DNA of 53,599 nucleotides from a bacterium (GTDB lineage Bacteria; SZUA-182; DTGQ01): NCBI GenBank assembly GCA_040752695.1, contig JBFMGO010000020.1, positions 11,473 to 65,071 of the forward strand, read 5' to 3'. Shown piece by piece: positions 50,077 to 53,599 of this stretch (position 1 is its first letter; each line of letters starts with the position of its first letter). The notes under the pieces were generated by a model. It saw only the letters and a program-made list of their open reading frames with translations, ran no database searches and was not told where the DNA came from. The position numbers and the translations under genes were made by a program.

Positions 50077-50120
50077 CCCATATGGAGATAATCATGGAGA
50101 TGATAAGGAGAGGAAAAGCT

Positions 50121-50621
50121 ATGGATCAGACTTCTATCAGTGCTTCGAATCAATATCTTACCTTTACGCTGGGAGATGAACTGTTTGCCGCGGATATAGC
50201 CAAGGTTCGTGAGGTGCTGGATTTTCCTGCCATTACCAGAGTCCCGCGCATGCCTGCTTACCTTTTGGGAGTCACCAATCTTCGCGACAATGTGGTGCCG
50301 GTTGTCGATATGCGGGTTAAGTTTGGCATGCCTCCCACGAATCGTACGGTGGACACGTGTGTAGTTATTGTTGAGACTGAACTTGAAGGCGAGCAGATAA
50401 CGATCGGCTGCCTGGCAGACTCGGTCAAGGAGGTCTTGGATCTCCACCAGGACCAGATCGAATCTCCTCCTAAAATAGGCCTTGGTCTTGATACGGAATT
50501 TTTGAAAGGCATGGGCAAGCAGGGAGATAAGTTCCTTATGATTCTGGATATGGACAGGATACTCTCCAGCGGGGAACTTCAGTTAATGAAGAATACCGCG
50601 GAATCTGCCGGAGCCCAGTAG
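50121..50621 (+). CDS. cheW: Chemotaxis protein CheW
   Basis: QYLTFTLGDELFA, VPRMP..LGVTNLRDNVVPVVD. Confidence 0.95.
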   Translation: MDQTSISASNQYLTFTLGDELFAADIAKVREVLDFPAITRVPRMPAYLLGVTNLRDNVVPVVDMRVKFGMPPTNRTVDTCVVIVETELEGEQITIGCLADSVKEVLDLHQDQIESPPKIGLGLDTEFLKGMGKQGDKFLMILDMDRILSSGELQLMKNTAESAGAQ

Positions 50622-50694
50622 AACGGTGAGGAGTTTAACAGGGATAAGTAATAGTGGCTGAGAAGAAGCAAAGTTATAAAAGAGGAGAGCTCGT

Positions 50695-52638
50695 ATGATG
50701 AAGAATCTCAAGCTGGGTATGAAAATCATTATTGCCTTTTGTGCAGTTATTGCTATTGCTATAGGAATCGGGCTGATAGGCTATAGGGGCATGAACGGCA
50801 TCATGGAAGGCACGGATGAAATTGCAGAAGTATGCCTGCCCAGTGTAGAGCATTTATTCATTATAAGCGAAGCCCAGACAGCAATTGCCAGAGGTGAACT
50901 CGAATTAATTAACCGCAGGATGACGGACACTGAAATCCGCAAGGCTGCCTATAATTATATTGAATCTGCCTGGAAACGGGTAGATCATGCCTGGGAGGAC
51001 TATGAATCTCTCCCGAAGAGCAGGGAGGAAGCAGACCTATGGAAGCAATTCACTCCGGAGTGGGAAAGGTGGAAGGATGATCACCAGAAGATCATGGATC
51101 TGTCCAGGGAAAAGGATAAGCTAGTTGCTGCCAGCGCTAATCTTAACGATTCGCGGATCGCTGAAATTGACAACCGGTTATACGACGCTTATCTTCAAGC
51201 TCGAAAGTCCTATATTCCTGCCGAAGTATCGCTCGATAAAATCATCAACATGAACATAGAGGAGGGAGACAGGGCTTCCAAAGATGCTGATGTCGTGGCA
51301 GAATCAGCAGAGATGCTCCTTTTGGGAATCATCATTTTTGGTGTTTCTCTCGCGATCATGCTCGGAATCTTTTTTGCCCGGAATATTGCCCAGATAATCA
51401 GTTCCCTGTTGACCGAAAGCGATCGGCTGACCAAGGCTGCGGTCAATGGCAAACTGAATGTGCGAGGAGATGCAGAAAAGATTAATTTTGAATTCAGGGG
51501 GATCATCCAGGGGGTGAACGATACCCTCGATGCTGTAATTGGTCCATTGAACATGGCTGCTGAATACGTTGACCGCATCAGCAAGGGTGATATTCCTCCC
51601 AGAATTACGGACGATTATAAGGGTGACTTCAACGAGGTCAAGAATAACCTGAACATCATGATCGAGAATTTGACTAACTTTGCCACCGAGACGCAAAGAG
51701 TTGCCGAGCAGGTTGCATCCGCAAGTCAGGAGATAAGCTCCAGCGCAGAGCAGATGTCGCAAGGGACAACCGAGCAGTCATCTGCCGCAGAGGAGGTATC
51801 GTCCTCAATGGAGCAGATGGTTTCCAATATCAGGCAAAATGCCGACAATGCGCAGCAGACGGAAAAAATTGCCCTAAAATCCGCCACTGATGCCAAGCAA
51901 AGCGGCCAGGCCGTGTCAGAAACCGTATCTGCCATGAAAAATATTGCAGGCAAGATCTCGATTATCGAGGAGATAGCCAGACAGACCAATCTTCTGGCCC
52001 TTAACGCGGCTATCGAGGCTGCACGTGCCGGAGAATACGGCAAAGGGTTCGCTGTGGTGGCATCCGAGGTGCGCAAGCTGGCCGAGCGAAGCCAGGTAGC
52101 GGCGGGCGAGATCAGCAAGCTGTCCGCATCGAGTGTGGAAGTGGCGGAAAAAGCAGGCGAAATGCTGATCAGACTGGTGCCGGATATCCAAAAGACTGCC
52201 GAACTGGTCCAGGAGATCAGCTCTGCCAGCAATGAGCAAAATTCCGGAGCAGAGCAGATCAATAGAGCCGTCCAGCAACTAGATCAGGTCATCCAGCAAA
52301 ACGCCGGAGCATCCGAGGAAATGGCAGCAACTGCCGAGGAAATGGCATCCCAGGCCGAGCAGCTCCAGCGCACCATCGAATTTTTCAAGATCGATAATGC
52401 AGGCAAATCAACTATTCATAAGGCCAGGGCCGGTGTCCGCAAGGCTCCGCAGGCCCCTCGTAAAACACCGCCTGACTATCACGCGCTGAATGCTGCCAAG
52501 GCTGTTGTAGGGAGTTGTACTGCCAGCATGGGTGATGAAGCAAATTTATGGGATAATCCTGTCGGTATCGGTTTTACGTCACACCAAACGGGCGGAAATG
52601 GTCATCACAAGGGGGAGGACTCCAGACCAGAAATCTGA
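50695..52638 (+). CDS. Methyl-accepting chemotaxis protein (4HB sensor, HAMP)
   Basis: Two [42 protein letters not shown]. Confidence 0.96.
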   Translation: MMKNLKLGMKIIIAFCAVIAIAIGIGLIGYRGMNGIMEGTDEIAEVCLPSVEHLFIISEAQTAIARGELELINRRMTDTEIRKAAYNYIESAWKRVDHAWEDYESLPKSREEADLWKQFTPEWERWKDDHQKIMDLSREKDKLVAASANLNDSRIAEIDNRLYDAYLQARKSYIPAEVSLDKIINMNIEEGDRASKDADVVAESAEMLLLGIIIFGVSLAIMLGIFFARNIAQIISSLLTESDRLTKAAVNGKLNVRGDAEKINFEFRGIIQGVNDTLDAVIGPLNMAAEYVDRISKGDIPPRITDDYKGDFNEVKNNLNIMIENLTNFATETQRVAEQVASASQEISSSAEQMSQGTTEQSSAAEEVSSSMEQMVSNIRQNADNAQQTEKIALKSATDAKQSGQAVSETVSAMKNIAGKISIIEEIARQTNLLALNAAIEAARAGEYGKGFAVVASEVRKLAERSQVAAGEISKLSASSVEVAEKAGEMLIRLVPDIQKTAELVQEISSASNEQNSGAEQINRAVQQLDQVIQQNAGASEEMAATAEEMASQAEQLQRTIEFFKIDNAGKSTIHKARAGVRKAPQAPRKTPPDYHALNAAKAVVGSCTASMGDEANLWDNPVGIGFTSHQTGGNGHHKGEDSRPEI

Positions 52639-52670
52639 GACAATGAAGAAGAATAATGGAGAAAAAACCG

Positions 52671-52708
52671 GTGCAGGCTATAAGGGGATACTTATAGCCT
52701 GCACTTTT
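52671..52708 (+). terminator. Rho-independent terminator
   Basis: GTGCAGGCTATAAG/CTTATAGCCTGCAC perfect 14-bp stem then TTTT. Confidence 0.8.
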
Positions 52709-52819
52709 GTGGTTTCCTCGCTAAGTACGTAACACAACAATTAATGGCAAGTCATAGAGGCAATGGCCTCTTGCGGCCGTCTCGAATTGTGCATTTACTT
52801 AGCGATAGAATTACTTAGG

Positions 52820-53219
52820 ATAAATGAATTTGCATTGATAGCCGCTATTGCGGACGTCCTTGATGCCATTGCTAGTGACCGGCCGTATCGGAAAGCTCTG
52901 CCAGTTACTATTGCCATGGAAAAGATGATGGAATGGGATCAGAAGGATTTTCGCCCCGCCTATTTTTGTCCAATGTATGGGCATTTATCCGTTAGATACA
53001 GTAGTTGAACTGAATAATAGAGAAATCGGCGTTGTATCTGAAATAAATCATACGGATTTAGAAGGACCAAAACTTACAGGATTATTCGATTTCAAGTATA
53101 GACGACTGAAAGAGCCCAGGGTAATCGATTTAACAGAGGAAGCAGTCTTTCTGTCGAATAGTTGTAAAAGTGTTCTCCTGGTTCAGGAGACCGTCGCTGC
53201 TTATGCCGAAACAGAATGA
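52820..53219 (+). pseudogene. HD-GYP protein C-terminal remnant, frameshifted
   Basis: IAAIADVLDAIASDRPYRKAL in one frame, continuing as FVQCMGIYP..TVVELNNREIGVV in another; N-terminal HD part missing. Confidence 0.75.
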
Positions 53220-53421
53220 AAGGACCAGCCTGACAAGTTGAGTCATGCGGCACTTATCGACCTCCATAAGGGGAGATAAGAAGAGGAAAGAGGACGCAGT
53301 GGAGAGTACTGCAACTATCAGCTCTTTTTAGATTTACTGACCGCATTGATTCATGAAAATGACCGGACATCCGGCTTTAAGATTGATGTGAGGGAATGTC
53401 CTGCCCAAAGGAGGACTCATC

Positions 53422-53599
53422 GTGAAATCGCTTATTGTTGATGATGACTTCATCGCTCGTCACATACTGAAGGAATATCTTACCTCCTATGGTAAAAGTG
53501 ATATTGCAGTTGATGGCGATGAAGCGGTCCATGCCTTTCAATTGGCATTGGAAGAAAACAGACCATATGATGTAATCTGTATGGATATCATGATGCCCA
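53422..53599 (+). CDS. CheY-like response regulator (partial, runs off edge)
   Basis: GGAGG RBS; MKSLIVDDDF...YDVICMDIMMP. Confidence 0.88.
   Translation, partial: MKSLIVDDDFIARHILKEYLTSYGKSDIAVDGDEAVHAFQLALEENRPYDVICMDIMMP

Overview
Bacterial chromosomal window from a probably anaerobic, diderm, Deltaproteobacteria-like organism (inferred from sigma54 promoters, TamB/7-POTRA Omp85, chemotaxis and HD-GYP genes). The housekeeping core is ribF-uppS-cdsA-dxr-rseP, lon, an ADH-synthase-like aldolase, a stand-alone short and divergent IF2, NUDIX, a dGTPase-like HD protein, tamB-bamA/tamA and mnmA, followed by the start of a chemotaxis/c-di-GMP cluster. The left ~15 kb is accessory. It holds a sigma54-preceded prepilin start, a flavodiiron fprA interrupted by an in-frame TAA, a yedE/yedF pair, an XRE regulator divergent from a small gene, three NtrC-type boxes in a 2-kb gene-poor stretch, and two tandem Tat-exported FAD oxidoreductases. 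The best candidates for undescribed biology are five. (i) A MerR module: a 19-bp-spacer promoter, a ~145-nt four-way structured leader, and a 58-aa stand-alone copy of the MerR effector domain, followed by the full MerR. (ii) An Rpn-type nuclease with an internal Shine-Dalgarno/ATG giving a small C-terminal product, plus an orphan copy of that domain 30 kb away. (iii) A secreted terpene-cyclase-fold protein ending in tandem cohesin plus dockerin. (iv) A hairpin-plus-terminator RNA upstream of fprA. (v) A putative IF2 paralogue. No rRNA, tRNA, CRISPR array or intact transposase was seen. All family calls are from motif recognition by eye, not database searches.
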